Shown here: piece by piece, positions 50,626 to 59,269 of the stretch | Numbering within the stretch: position 1 is the first letter of the stretch | Layout of the letters: the number at the start of each line of letters is the position of its first letter | From: an uncultured Coriobacteriia bacterium | Lineage (GTDB): Bacteria > Actinomycetota > Coriobacteriia > Coriobacteriales > QAMH01 | DNA: 64,000 bases | Assembly (NCBI GenBank): GCA_959608885.1 | Contig: CAUHSG010000001.1 | Coordinates: 76,112 to 140,111, forward strand | Direction of reading: 5' to 3' | Notes under the pieces: model-generated | The model's database searches: none | What the model saw: the letters and a program-made list of their open reading frames with translations, nothing else | What the model was told of the DNA's origin: nothing | Position numbers and translations under genes: made by a program

Positions 50626-51702
50626 ATGGAAGAATCACTGAACCGCAGATCGTTTCTGGGCGCCGCGCTCGTAGGCGGACTAGCCGGCCTCGCAAGCCTC
50701 GTCACCACTCCATCGGCACACGCCGTCACGAGCGCCGAGAAGCGCGCGGAGGTACAGGCGGCGAAGGCCCGCCTCGACTCCATGACCTCGCAGCTCGAGC
50801 AGACGGTCTCCCAGTTCAACGCCGCACAGGACGCCTACGATGCCGCCGCAGCCAAAGTTGCGGAGTGTCAGGCAAAGATTGACGAGGCAACCGCCAAGAT
50901 CTCCTCGCTCCAAGGCCGCCTTGGCACGAGGGCGACGGCCATGTATCGCGAAGGTGCGACCTCGTATCTCGACGTGCTCATGGGCTCGAACTCCTTCGAT
51001 GATTTCGCGAGCACCTGGGACATGCTCGACCAGCTCAATGCCGACGACGCCGCGCTCGTCACCGAGGCCAAGGAGATGCGTGCGCAGCTCGATGCCGCCA
51101 AGGCCGAGCTCGACGCCAACGAGCAGGCCGCACAGGCGGAACTCGACACCCAGGCCCAGCTCAAGGCATCTATCGAGTCTCAGGAAGCGGCCTATCAGGC
51201 CGAGTACAACAGCCTGAGCTCTGAATACCAGCAGCTCATCGCCCAGGAGCGCGATGCCGAGGCGCAGCGCCAGGCAGCCGCATCGGCGGCTTACACCCCC
51301 TCGATGTCGAATCCCTCTTCGGGTTCAGGCAGTTCTGGCGGTGGCGGGTACAGCTCCGGTTCGAGCATTCCCTCGCACGGCTCGGTCGTCGACTACGCGG
51401 TCTCGCGCCTGGGTTGCCCCTACGTCTGGGGTGCCTCAGGTCCCAACACGTTTGACTGTTCCGGTCTTACCATGTGGTGCTACGCCCAGATTGGCATCAG
51501 CCTGCCCCATTACGACCGCTCGCAGTATGCTGCGGCAAAGGCCCGTCTCGCGCCGAGTGCGGCCGCCCCGGGCGATATCTTGTGGCGTCCCGGTCACGTA
51601 GCCATCTCGACGGGCGGCACCAACTACATTCACGCGCCACATACCGGCGCCGTCGTCAGCTATGGAAGCGGCGGAAATTGGGTATGCGCCTTGCGCTTCT
51701 AG
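50626..51702 (+). CDS. Secreted NlpC/P60 (C40) peptidoglycan endopeptidase with a Tat-like signal and an N-terminal coiled coil
   Basis: I trimmed this to ATG 50626. MEESLNRRSFLGAALVGGLAGLASLVTTPSAHA has a twin-arginine motif. A long helical region and a G/S linker follow, then GCPYVWGASGPNTFDCSGLTMW...GHVAIS...IHAPHTG (the Cys-His-His of NlpC/P60). Confidence 0.85.
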   Translation: MEESLNRRSFLGAALVGGLAGLASLVTTPSAHAVTSAEKRAEVQAAKARLDSMTSQLEQTVSQFNAAQDAYDAAAAKVAECQAKIDEATAKISSLQGRLGTRATAMYREGATSYLDVLMGSNSFDDFASTWDMLDQLNADDAALVTEAKEMRAQLDAAKAELDANEQAAQAELDTQAQLKASIESQEAAYQAEYNSLSSEYQQLIAQERDAEAQRQAAASAAYTPSMSNPSSGSGSSGGGGYSSGSSIPSHGSVVDYAVSRLGCPYVWGASGPNTFDCSGLTMWCYAQIGISLPHYDRSQYAAAKARLAPSAAAPGDILWRPGHVAISTGGTNYIHAPHTGAVVSYGSGGNWVCALRF

Positions 51703-51876
51703 GCACATGCAAATGTGAAGGTTTCGCGAAGAAGCTGTTGAGAAACCGTACGGATGATGTGTCATACCCGCGAAAAAGCTGCTTCGCGTCATGTAAACCG
51801 CTAACATAGCGAATCGCCCGTCCCTTTCGGGCGAATCGGTAATCAGTCTATTAAATATGCACGCCGAAGGATGACC

Positions 51877-52581
51877 ATGTCACGCTCCATAACACGCGTC
51901 CCCGTTCTCGTAGCCGCGTTTCTCCTAAGCATCTTTTTCGCACTTGCCACGTTTCTCTTCACCACTCCCGCGGCCCATGCAGTCGAGACGGCGACGTTCT
52001 CGCAGAAGCTCTCCTCTGCGCTTTCCGTCAAGTCTCCCGAGCTTAGCGAGCAGATATCGGCTGCCCTGGCCGATGGCATCATCTCGGCCAAGCAGGAGGC
52101 ATTCGTCGACAAAAACCGGGCTGGTGAGTTCTACTTTGCTCAAAACGGCTCGGGACGCTGCACTATTACTTCCGTTGCGATGATGGTGCGTCGCGCGGCC
52201 TTTCTCGACGATAGGAGCGACTGGCAGTCGATCGGCCTCACCTCTGTCACGGCCGATGGCTGGTCTTCCGCTGGCGTCAAATGGCACTTCGCGACGAGCG
52301 GCTATGAAGTCGGTGTCATCGATGTCGCAGGTAATACGGAATCGCTTCGCGAGCTGCTCGCCCAGCATCCCGAAGGCATTGCCGCATACGACCCTGGTGT
52401 CCCCCATGCCGTCTTGCTCACCGATTACGACGAGGAAACCGATACCTTCTATTGTGCTGATCCCGCCAACTACTATGCCGGTTCACGCATTCCGCTTGCC
52501 GAGTCATGGAACGGCACATGCCACGGCAAAAGCCAAGATGCCGTCATTGCCGGATTCTCGCGTGCTTGGGTGATTCAGTAG
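51877..52581 (+). CDS. Secreted papain-fold (peptidase C39-like) protein
   Basis: ATG 51877 is 6 nt after GAAGG; the track ORF begins at 51871. The signal/anchor is VPVLVAAFLLSIFFALATFLFTTPAAHA. QNGSGRCTITSVAMMV resembles the Q...C..TS.AM catalytic Cys region of C39-like peptidases, and GVPHAVLLTDYD...YCADP resembles the His/Asp region. The functional call is tentative. Confidence 0.5.
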   Translation: MSRSITRVPVLVAAFLLSIFFALATFLFTTPAAHAVETATFSQKLSSALSVKSPELSEQISAALADGIISAKQEAFVDKNRAGEFYFAQNGSGRCTITSVAMMVRRAAFLDDRSDWQSIGLTSVTADGWSSAGVKWHFATSGYEVGVIDVAGNTESLRELLAQHPEGIAAYDPGVPHAVLLTDYDEETDTFYCADPANYYAGSRIPLAESWNGTCHGKSQDAVIAGFSRAWVIQ

Positions 52582-52949
52582 CAAAAGCGGGCCTGTAAGC
52601 CGGGTTCTGTCATCCAAGACGATCATTTATCTAGAGGCGCCGTTGCCGACACCCTCGAGCAGGCAACCCGGATGCGAGCCGGGTCAGCTCATGACATCCC
52701 TATTTGCCCTTGCTCCGGATGGGGTTTGTCAAGCCGCCGCGTCACCGCGACGCTGGTGCGCTCTTACCACACCGTTTCAGCTTTTCTCCGCGTCATGCAC
52801 GGGGAGTCTTCTTTTCTGTGACACTGTCCGTCGGGTCACCCCGCCCGGCCGTTAGCCGGCATCCTACCCTGCGGAGCCCGGACTTTCCTCATCACCTACA
52901 TCCCCTCATGCGAAGGGACGGGTGCCGCGATCGTCCAGCCCGCTTTTGC
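52581..52949 (-). ncRNA. rnpB: RNase P RNA (bacterial type A)
   Basis: The minus strand contains GAGGAAAGTCCGGGCTCC, GGTGTGGTAAGAGCGCACC, CCATCCGGAGCAAGGGC and ACAGAACCCGGCTTA in the canonical order. P1 can form between the 5' end GCAAAAGCGGGC and the 3' end GGCCCGCTTTTGC. The ends are good to about 10 nt. Confidence 0.85.
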
Positions 52950-52956
52950 GCGCTTG

Positions 52957-52962
52957 ATTATA
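52957..52962 (-). promoter_or_regulatory. Perfect -10 hexamer (TATAAT) for rnpB
   Basis: The minus strand reads TATAAT-CAAGCGC-G, with the G at 52949 being the predicted first nucleotide of P1. The -35 region is weak. Confidence 0.5.
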
Positions 52963-53004
52963 GCGTATGCAATTGGGTGGTAACGAAGGGACGGCCCTGA
53001 TGTT

Positions 53005-53228
53005 GCTGGAGATGCCATTTTGGAGAGCCTGGATTTCAAGGCAGAAGGATGGATGAGGGCTGGGGTGCCATTTTGAAGCGCCTGGGTTTCGAAACGGAGA
53101 AGTTGACAAGGATTGGGGATGCCATTTTGAAACGCACGGATTTCCAAGCAGAAGGATAGATGAGGGGTGGGGGTGTCATTTTGAAGCGCCTGGGTTTCGA
53201 AGCGAAAAAATGGCATCCCCCACCCCTC
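53005..53228. repeat. Tandem array of four degenerate ~54-bp repeats
   Basis: The core GCCATTTTGAAGCGCCTGGGTTTCGAA (with variants) starts at 53014, 53067, 53121 and 53175. Units 1 and 3 resemble each other most, as do units 2 and 4, which suggests a duplicated ~108-bp dimer. Confidence 0.75.
53162..53228 (-). terminator. Very long hairpin just after the DUF167 gene stop (possible terminator or RNA-stabilising stem-loop)
   Basis: GAGGGGTGGGGGTGTCATTTT (53162-53182) pairs with AAAATGGCATCCCCCACCCCTC (53207-53228). This gives 21 bp with one bulge and one non-Watson-Crick pair, and a 24-nt loop. There is no T-tract on the minus strand afterwards. Confidence 0.4.
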
Positions 53229-53232
53229 TACG

Positions 53233-53487
53233 TCAAATATCCATGTTCGTCGAATCGGGAACCTCGAACATCTTATGGCGACTCGTCTCGCCACGTGTGC
53301 AGGTGACGGAACTTTTGGGGACATCAAAGAAGGAGGCGACCAGGGCGATCGCCTCCTTCGTTGCCTTGCCCTTTTCGGGAACCGCCTTGACCTTCACTTC
53401 GAGCTCGCGCAGGCCATCTGCTCCCTCGCGCCATCCGACGACCTCGGCACGCCCGGACTTGGGCGTGACATGCACGGGCAGGCGCAC
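53233..53487 (-). CDS. DUF167 (YggU) family protein
   Basis: 84-aa ORF with a GTG start. The pattern V.V.PKSGR..V.G.......L.V.V.A.PEKGKA.....L........S.V....G..SR.K is typical of YggU. Confidence 0.8.
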   Translation of the reverse strand: MRLPVHVTPKSGRAEVVGWREGADGLRELEVKVKAVPEKGKATKEAIALVASFFDVPKSSVTCTRGETSRHKMFEVPDSTNMDI

Positions 53488-53498
53488 GGGTCGCTCCC

Positions 53499-54341
53499 CT
53501 ACTCCTCGTTATCCTCGGGCAGGATGGCGGGAATGTTGATTTGCGGAATCTGCTGGGTCGTGAGACGCGGCAGCTCGTCTTCCTCGACCTCTTCCCTCTC
53601 CTCTTCGACGACAGGCTCCACCGTTTCGGTCACGCGAATGGAGCGCATGTCGATCTTGGGGAGCTCGGCCTCGACCTGATCCTCGGTCACGTTCTGGTTG
53701 GCGAGGTTGCTGAACTCCTCCTTGGCATGAGCCGTGAAGCGATCGAGCATGTCGAGGTACTGCTCGCGGAACTTCTGGGAATACTCGCTGAGCGCCTTGA
53801 TCTCGTTGTCGATGGCCGCCTTCTTGGCTAGGGACTCGCGAATGAATTCGCGGGCCTTCGCCTCGGATTCGCGGTAGATGCGATCGCCCTCGATGCGCGC
53901 GTCTTCCTTGATTTGCGCTGCGCTGCGCTGAGCGGCGATGAACGCCTCGGCGATGGCGTTGTCGAGACTCTTCTTCTCCTCGAGCTGACCTTGCATGGAC
54001 TCGATTTTGGACTCGGCATCATCGGCGCGCTTGTTCGCGGCGGCGAGACGATCCTGCGTGATCTCGAGCTCGCTGCGCAGCTCGCGCTCGACGAGGTTCG
54101 CCTGCTCGAGCTCGTTGGGAGCCGAAAGCGATGCGGCGCTTGCTTCGGCAAGCTCTTCCCGCGCCTTGCCAAGCTCGTCCTGGGCTTCTTTGAGCTGGGA
54201 TTCCAAATCTGCAATCTGCTTGTTCATCGCGTCGACCTCATTGGCGACACGTTCGAGAAAGACATCGACCTGTCCGACGTCATATCCGCGCAGTGCGTGC
54301 TCGAAACCCACTTCCTGGATATCCTGCATCGTAATGGCCAT
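53499..54341 (-). CDS. divIVA: Cell division protein DivIVA
   Basis: 280-aa ORF. The N-terminus DIQEVGFEHALRGYDVGQVDVFLERV is the DivIVA signature, followed by a long coiled coil. Confidence 0.9.
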   Translation of the reverse strand: MAITMQDIQEVGFEHALRGYDVGQVDVFLERVANEVDAMNKQIADLESQLKEAQDELGKAREELAEASAASLSAPNELEQANLVERELRSELEITQDRLAAANKRADDAESKIESMQGQLEEKKSLDNAIAEAFIAAQRSAAQIKEDARIEGDRIYRESEAKAREFIRESLAKKAAIDNEIKALSEYSQKFREQYLDMLDRFTAHAKEEFSNLANQNVTEDQVEAELPKIDMRSIRVTETVEPVVEEEREEVEEDELPRLTTQQIPQINIPAILPEDNEE

Positions 54342-54357
54342 GTTTGATCTTCCTTTC

Positions 54358-54636
54358 CTACAGGAGCGCGGCGATGAGCCGGCCCACCAGCTGCACGACG
54401 ATAATCGCGAAAATCGGGCTTATGTCAAGCATACCGCCTATTGGCGGAATTATACGCCTAAAGATATTGAGGAAGGGATCGCAAATGCGACCGAGCGCTC
54501 GATAGATATCCCCAACCCACCCGGTCTGATGGTTGGGTAGCCAACTCATGAGGATGTAGATGAGGATGACGGCAACGTAGAGATCGCAGATGCCCAGCAA
54601 AAGCGAGCGAAGAAAGACGAGCGTCGATGAGATCAT
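54358..54636 (-). CDS. yggT: YggT family membrane protein
   Basis: I trimmed this to ATG 54636 (92 aa), which overlaps the proC stop as ATGA. ILMSWLP...DPFLNIFRRIIPPIGGMLDISPIFAIIV is the YggT signature. Confidence 0.85.
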   Translation of the reverse strand: MISSTLVFLRSLLLGICDLYVAVILIYILMSWLPNHQTGWVGDIYRALGRICDPFLNIFRRIIPPIGGMLDISPIFAIIVVQLVGRLIAALL

Positions 54637-55460
54637 GCACCCAACTCCTTTGAACGACGTGCGGCGGCGATAACGCCATCTTTGAGCGCGTCTTGCACGC
54701 CGGCCTTGCGCATGGCGTCGAGGGCGACAACGGTGGTGCCCCCAGGGCTGCTCACCGCGTCGATGGCGTCGGGCAGGCTCTGCCCCGTCTCGAGGATGAG
54801 ACGCGCGGTGCCAAGCATAGTCTGCATGACGAGCTCGAGTGCATCTTCGTAGCACATGCCGAGCTCGACCGCGCTCTGGGCAATGGTCTCGGCGAAGAAC
54901 TCGAAGTACGCAGGACCCGAGCCACTCACGGCGCAGACGGCGTCCTGCTCGGACTCATCCACGATAATGGCACTTCCCATCGATGCGAAGAGCGCGCGTA
55001 CAAATTCACAATCCTGCTCGCTTGCCGCAGCACCGGCACTCACTGCCGACATGCCGCATCCGCACACGAGTGGCGTATTGGGCATGACACGCACGATGGG
55101 GATATCTGCGCCGAGCAAGTCTGCGAGCTTGGGCGTCGATACGCCCGCGGCAACGGAGATGACGAGGGTCGAGGCGTCGATGCCCGCGTCAACGAGCGAT
55201 GCGCACGCCTCGGAAATCTTATTGGGCTTGACCGCGAGGATGACGCAACGTGCGGGCATGCCAGCCACGGCATCTGCCACCGTGCGCACGCCCATCGTGC
55301 GTTCGATGTGCTCGCGCTTGTCGCTGCCAGGATTTGCGATGGTGAGCGCATCCGGGGAAACCCCATCCATGCGCAGAATACCTTGGGCGATGGCCTGACC
55401 CATACGACCGCCACCTATGATGAGGACCGTTTCCAGTTGCGTTGCTATGGCGTTTTCCAT
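54633..55460 (-). CDS. proC: Pyrroline-5-carboxylate reductase
   Basis: 275-aa ORF with LIIGGGRMGQAI, VKPN, VRVMPNTP and SPGGTT motifs. Confidence 0.9.
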   Translation of the reverse strand: MENAIATQLETVLIIGGGRMGQAIAQGILRMDGVSPDALTIANPGSDKREHIERTMGVRTVADAVAGMPARCVILAVKPNKISEACASLVDAGIDASTLVISVAAGVSTPKLADLLGADIPIVRVMPNTPLVCGCGMSAVSAGAAASEQDCEFVRALFASMGSAIIVDESEQDAVCAVSGSGPAYFEFFAETIAQSAVELGMCYEDALELVMQTMLGTARLILETGQSLPDAIDAVSSPGGTTVVALDAMRKAGVQDALKDGVIAAARRSKELGA

Positions 55461-55466
55461 ATTGCC

Positions 55467-56267
55467 CTATCGTGCGTTTTCGTCTTCTGCCTTCAGGACA
55501 TCTTGCGCGATGAGGTACTCGCGGTCTTCATCGCTCAGGGGCTCAGAGCTCTTCGAAATCACGAAGACGCGCTCGGCCGCCTTGCCAACGTTGAGATTGA
55601 GAGCACTCGCGACGCCAAACGAGAAATCGAGAATGCGCTTGGCAAGTGATGCCTTGGTATCGACAACGTTGAGGATGACGATCTTGCCGGCTTTTGCGGC
55701 GTTGGCGACCTTCTCGATATCGGCGTAGGCCTTGGGGCAGACGATTTCGAGACGACCGGCGGGATCGCCCTTGATCTTGAGAAAGTCGGACCCAAGCGAC
55801 GCGTACGGATCGCGGCTCTGGCGAACCGGAGCCGGCGAATCGAGGAACGACGGATCTTGCGGAGCGGACCAGGTGGGCTCACCCACCGAACGCGACGAGT
55901 CGCGCCTCGAGGCGGAAGTGCCGATGTTTCTGCCGTAGGAGCTCGATGACGAACGTGGCGAATATCCACGCGAGCGAGCGGAGACGTCGAGACTGTCATA
56001 GGAAGCGACGCGCGGCTTGCGGTCAGAAGACAACGTCACATGCTCGAAATTGCTGGGATTGTAGGAATCGAACGATATGACCTCATTGCGGCGAACCGCG
56101 CCGCGCCTATCATCCGCACCCGAATCGGCGTAATCGTCGTAATCGTCGTCGTACATGGCATCATCTTCGTAGTACTCGGCTTCGTCGTCAGCCCACTCCG
56201 GTTTTCCGCCAAATCCGAGCCGGTCCTTCATACCGCCCAAAAGACTCATAGTTCGTGCCTCGCTCAT
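55467..56267 (-). CDS. sepF: Cell division protein SepF, with a long disordered N-terminal/linker region
   Basis: The C-terminal core IVCPKAYADIEKVANAAKAGKIVILNV...LAKRILDFSFGVASALNLNVGKAAERVFVI is the SepF domain. An alternative start at ATG 56249 (MSLLGGMKDRLGF) matches the usual SepF N-terminal membrane-targeting helix. Confidence 0.85.
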   Translation of the reverse strand: MSEARTMSLLGGMKDRLGFGGKPEWADDEAEYYEDDAMYDDDYDDYADSGADDRRGAVRRNEVISFDSYNPSNFEHVTLSSDRKPRVASYDSLDVSARSRGYSPRSSSSSYGRNIGTSASRRDSSRSVGEPTWSAPQDPSFLDSPAPVRQSRDPYASLGSDFLKIKGDPAGRLEIVCPKAYADIEKVANAAKAGKIVILNVVDTKASLAKRILDFSFGVASALNLNVGKAAERVFVISKSSEPLSDEDREYLIAQDVLKAEDENAR

Positions 56268-56297
56268 ATGAAACAGGCACCTAGCTACGTGACGACG

Positions 56298-56993
56298 CTA
56301 GCGTGCCGTGAAGTTATCGTCAAAAATCCTTCTACCAATGCGAACCATCGTAGCGCCTTCTTCGATTGCCACGGGATAGTCTTCGGACATACCCATAGAA
56401 AGTTCGCGCATGGAAATACTATCACGCTCATCGCAATATTTTGACATCATCTGGCTTAAGTTTTGCAAGCCGGCAAATGTTTTTCTGGCAAGATCGATGT
56501 CACCTTGCGGGGCCATCGTCATGAGACCCTTGCATGCGACATGCTCGCATTGTGCGATTCGCTCGATGAAGGCGGGAAGTTCGCCAGGGCGAATTCCTCC
56601 CTTGCTCTCTTCGCCCGAAACCGAAACCTCGATGAGAACATCCTGGATGCAGCCGATGTTGCCCGCTGCCTTCTCGATCGCTTCGAGAAGCGAGAGGCGG
56701 TCGAGCGAGTGGATGAGGAACGCCTTGCCAACGACGTGGCGCGCCTTGTTCGACTGGAGCGTTCCGATGAAGTGCCAACGCGCATCGGAATAGAGGGCGA
56801 CCTTCTCGTTGAAGGGCTTGTCGCGATTCTCGCCAAAGTCCGTCACGCCGCACGCGATCGCCTCGCCCACGACAGGAGGCTCGACCGTCTTGCTCACGGC
56901 GATGATCCTGATATCTTGAGGACTTCTGCCATACTCGCCACATATACGGGCGACATCCGCGCGGGTGTCGCTCCAACGCTGTTCCAGACTCAT
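56298..56993 (-). CDS. yggS: YggS family pyridoxal phosphate homeostasis protein
   Basis: 231-aa ORF with AVSKT (PLP lysine), HFIGTLQSNK and SMGMSEDY motifs. Confidence 0.9.
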   Translation of the reverse strand: MSLEQRWSDTRADVARICGEYGRSPQDIRIIAVSKTVEPPVVGEAIACGVTDFGENRDKPFNEKVALYSDARWHFIGTLQSNKARHVVGKAFLIHSLDRLSLLEAIEKAAGNIGCIQDVLIEVSVSGEESKGGIRPGELPAFIERIAQCEHVACKGLMTMAPQGDIDLARKTFAGLQNLSQMMSKYCDERDSISMRELSMGMSEDYPVAIEEGATMVRIGRRIFDDNFTAR

Positions 56994-57856
56994 GCTTCCT
57001 CTTTCCGAATTGCAAACGCCCCATGCCGACCCGTCAGACCGGCATCGGCTCGATACGAATAGTACTCATCATGGTGACACGAGGTACAGAGGTTTGCGTG
57101 CGCGATTCTTTCCGGCACGGCCCCCGCTCGCAGAAGCGAGGTGGTAACAGCAGCATCGAGATCGAGATGCCCCTCGCCCGCATCGCATGTTTCATCAAAT
57201 TCCGCAACAAATTGCCCAATCATTTCATCGGCGACTTTGTAACAACAAGAGCCGATATGTGGGCCAATATAGCAATTTATTGCATAAGGTCGGCACCCTG
57301 TTGCCTTTTGGAGTTTTCGCAAGCCGATGCCGGCTATCGAGGCAATGGAACCACGCCATCCGGAGTGGATGACGGCAAATGACCCATCGGGAGCGACGAG
57401 CATCACCGGAACACAATCGGCAAAGCAAAGCAATACCGGGACATCTGCTTGCGTGCACACGATCCCATCGGCACCTTCGGCAGCCTCTCGTTGAGTTTCG
57501 ACAACATGTCTAATTTCAAGCACTTTGTTACCATGAATTTGTAACGGAGAAACCAGACGCTTCATATAATTTTGAGCGTCTAGCGCTGCGCCGAGCAACG
57601 CCCTGTTTGCGTCGACCGCAGCATCATCATCACCAACTGCATACGAGAGGTTCAGGCCTCCATAGGGCCCCTTACTCACTCCCCCATCACGTGTGGTGAA
57701 GGTCACGCGCGTGCCACATGCCTTGAAGAGCGCCTCGTCGGTGAGGACACGTACGGTGGAATCGCCTACGCAAAAAGAATTCTCCGCCAGCCGTGGAAGG
57801 GGCAGACGGAGAATCTCATCTAGTTGCGTATGGGACGTGGCAACCCCGATAGACAT
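56990..57856 (-). CDS. pgeF: Peptidoglycan editing factor PgeF (YfiH/laccase-domain protein)
   Basis: 288-aa ORF with the conserved QIHGN, ADCVPV, HSGWRG and CTSC motifs. Confidence 0.85.
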   Translation of the reverse strand: MSIGVATSHTQLDEILRLPLPRLAENSFCVGDSTVRVLTDEALFKACGTRVTFTTRDGGVSKGPYGGLNLSYAVGDDDAAVDANRALLGAALDAQNYMKRLVSPLQIHGNKVLEIRHVVETQREAAEGADGIVCTQADVPVLLCFADCVPVMLVAPDGSFAVIHSGWRGSIASIAGIGLRKLQKATGCRPYAINCYIGPHIGSCCYKVADEMIGQFVAEFDETCDAGEGHLDLDAAVTTSLLRAGAVPERIAHANLCTSCHHDEYYSYRADAGLTGRHGAFAIRKEEA

Positions 57857-58941
57857 TAGTAACGGCTACGCTTGAGGAAGTCGGGGATATCGTCGTCAAA
57901 GGCGGGAGTGAGGTTATCCTCGGGCATCGAGGCAAAGGCCTGGCTCACGCTCGACTTGCCGCCGAGGTCCATGCTCGCCTGCTGCTCGGTGCCATCGAAG
58001 CCCGTGGCGATGACGGTGACGCGAATCTGATCGCCCATCGACTCGTCGATGACGGTACCGAAGATGATGTTCGCATCCTCGTCGGCCGCGGAGTTGATGA
58101 TCTGCGAAGCCTCGTCGATCTCCTGCAGGCTCATGTCGCTACCACCCGTGATGGAGTAAAGGATGCGATCTGCGCCAACGATGGAAGACTCGAGCAGCTT
58201 GGAGGAGATGGCCTCCTTGGCAGCATCGGCCGCGCGATTCTCGCCCGAGGCGATGCCGATGCCCATCATGGCCGAACCGGCATCCTTCATGATGGCGCGA
58301 ACGTCTGCGAAGTCGAGGTTGATGAGGCCGGGGATCGTGATGAGGTCGGTGATGCCCTGAGTGCCCTGACGCAGGATGTCGTCTGCGATGCGGAACGCGT
58401 CGAGCATGGAGGTGCGCTTCTCGATAACCTGAAGAAGACGGTCGTTGGGAACGACGATGAGCGTGTCAACCTTCTGGGCGAGCAGGGCGACGCCCTCCTC
58501 GGCCTGGTTCATGCGCTTGCGTCCCTCGAAACCGAAGGGCTTGGTAACGACACCGACGGTGAGTGCACCAATCTCCTCCATGGCGATTTCCGCCACGACG
58601 GGAGCAGCGCCCGTACCCGTTCCGCCGCCCTCGCCGGCAGTCACGAAGACCATGTCTGCGCCAGCGAGCGCATCGCGGATATCGGCACGAGACTCCTCGG
58701 CCGCCTGCGCGCCAATCTCGGGATTGGCTCCGGCGCCGAGACCACGAGTAAGCTCCTCGCCGATGTGAACCGTACGGTCTGCATCGGACATGAGCAGGGC
58801 CTGCCTGTCGGTATTGATGGCGATGAACTCGACGCCCTTGACGCCGGCTTCGACCATGCGATTGACGGCATTCGTGCCGCCACCGCCAACGCCGACCACC
58901 TTGATCACTGCGAGATGGTCAGATCCTGTGTACTCGGGCAT
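57856..58941 (-). CDS. ftsZ: Cell division GTPase FtsZ
   Basis: I trimmed this to ATG 58941, which follows [36 protein letters not shown] and NLDFADV are present, along with the C-terminal peptide [10 protein letters not shown]. Confidence 0.95.
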   Translation of the reverse strand: MPEYTGSDHLAVIKVVGVGGGGTNAVNRMVEAGVKGVEFIAINTDRQALLMSDADRTVHIGEELTRGLGAGANPEIGAQAAEESRADIRDALAGADMVFVTAGEGGGTGTGAAPVVAEIAMEEIGALTVGVVTKPFGFEGRKRMNQAEEGVALLAQKVDTLIVVPNDRLLQVIEKRTSMLDAFRIADDILRQGTQGITDLITIPGLINLDFADVRAIMKDAGSAMMGIGIASGENRAADAAKEAISSKLLESSIVGADRILYSITGGSDMSLQEIDEASQIINSAADEDANIIFGTVIDESMGDQIRVTVIATGFDGTEQQASMDLGGKSSVSQAFASMPEDNLTPAFDDDIPDFLKRSRY

Positions 58942-59057
58942 GTCAGTCCTTCCTACGTTTAAGGAATCCTCGTCATTGGTCGAGATTCCTCTTGATGCGA
59001 CGTTTAGTCTGTCAAATGGTAGAGAAATCAGTCCAGACAAGTATACACTTCAAGCTA

Positions 59058-59074
59058 GATATCGCCACGATATC
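59058..59074. promoter_or_regulatory. Perfect 7-3-7 palindrome in the ftsQ-ftsZ spacer
   Basis: GATATCG-CCA-CGATATC lies about 117-133 nt upstream of the ftsZ ATG, inside an AT-rich stretch. The protein that binds it, if any, is unknown. Confidence 0.3.
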
Positions 59075-59269
59075 CATCATTTTTTAGGTGAATTTTGTAC
59101 GTTTTTCCCTGAGTATCCTAGCCAAATATTCTTACTTGAATTATTTACTCCAACAAAGCCCTTTTGCCGTAATGTGTCCATCATTCTCTGCGAGCAGACG
59201 AGGCGAACGCGATGGGCAAGCGCGTGCGAACGATGCGAACGGAACGCCGTACGCGTCAGCAGAGCGCTC

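Noticed and set aside
53005-53228. Possible small CRISPR array
   Set aside because: The sequences between the conserved cores are themselves homologous to each other in alternating units. There are only four units, and no cas gene or leader is nearby. This is a tandem duplication, not repeat-spacer architecture.
52704-53327. ORFs 52704..53000(+) and 52896..53327(-) as protein genes
   Set aside because: They overlap RNase P RNA and the 54-bp tandem repeats. The repetitive pseudo-peptide (FETQALQNGTP...) simply mirrors the DNA repeat.
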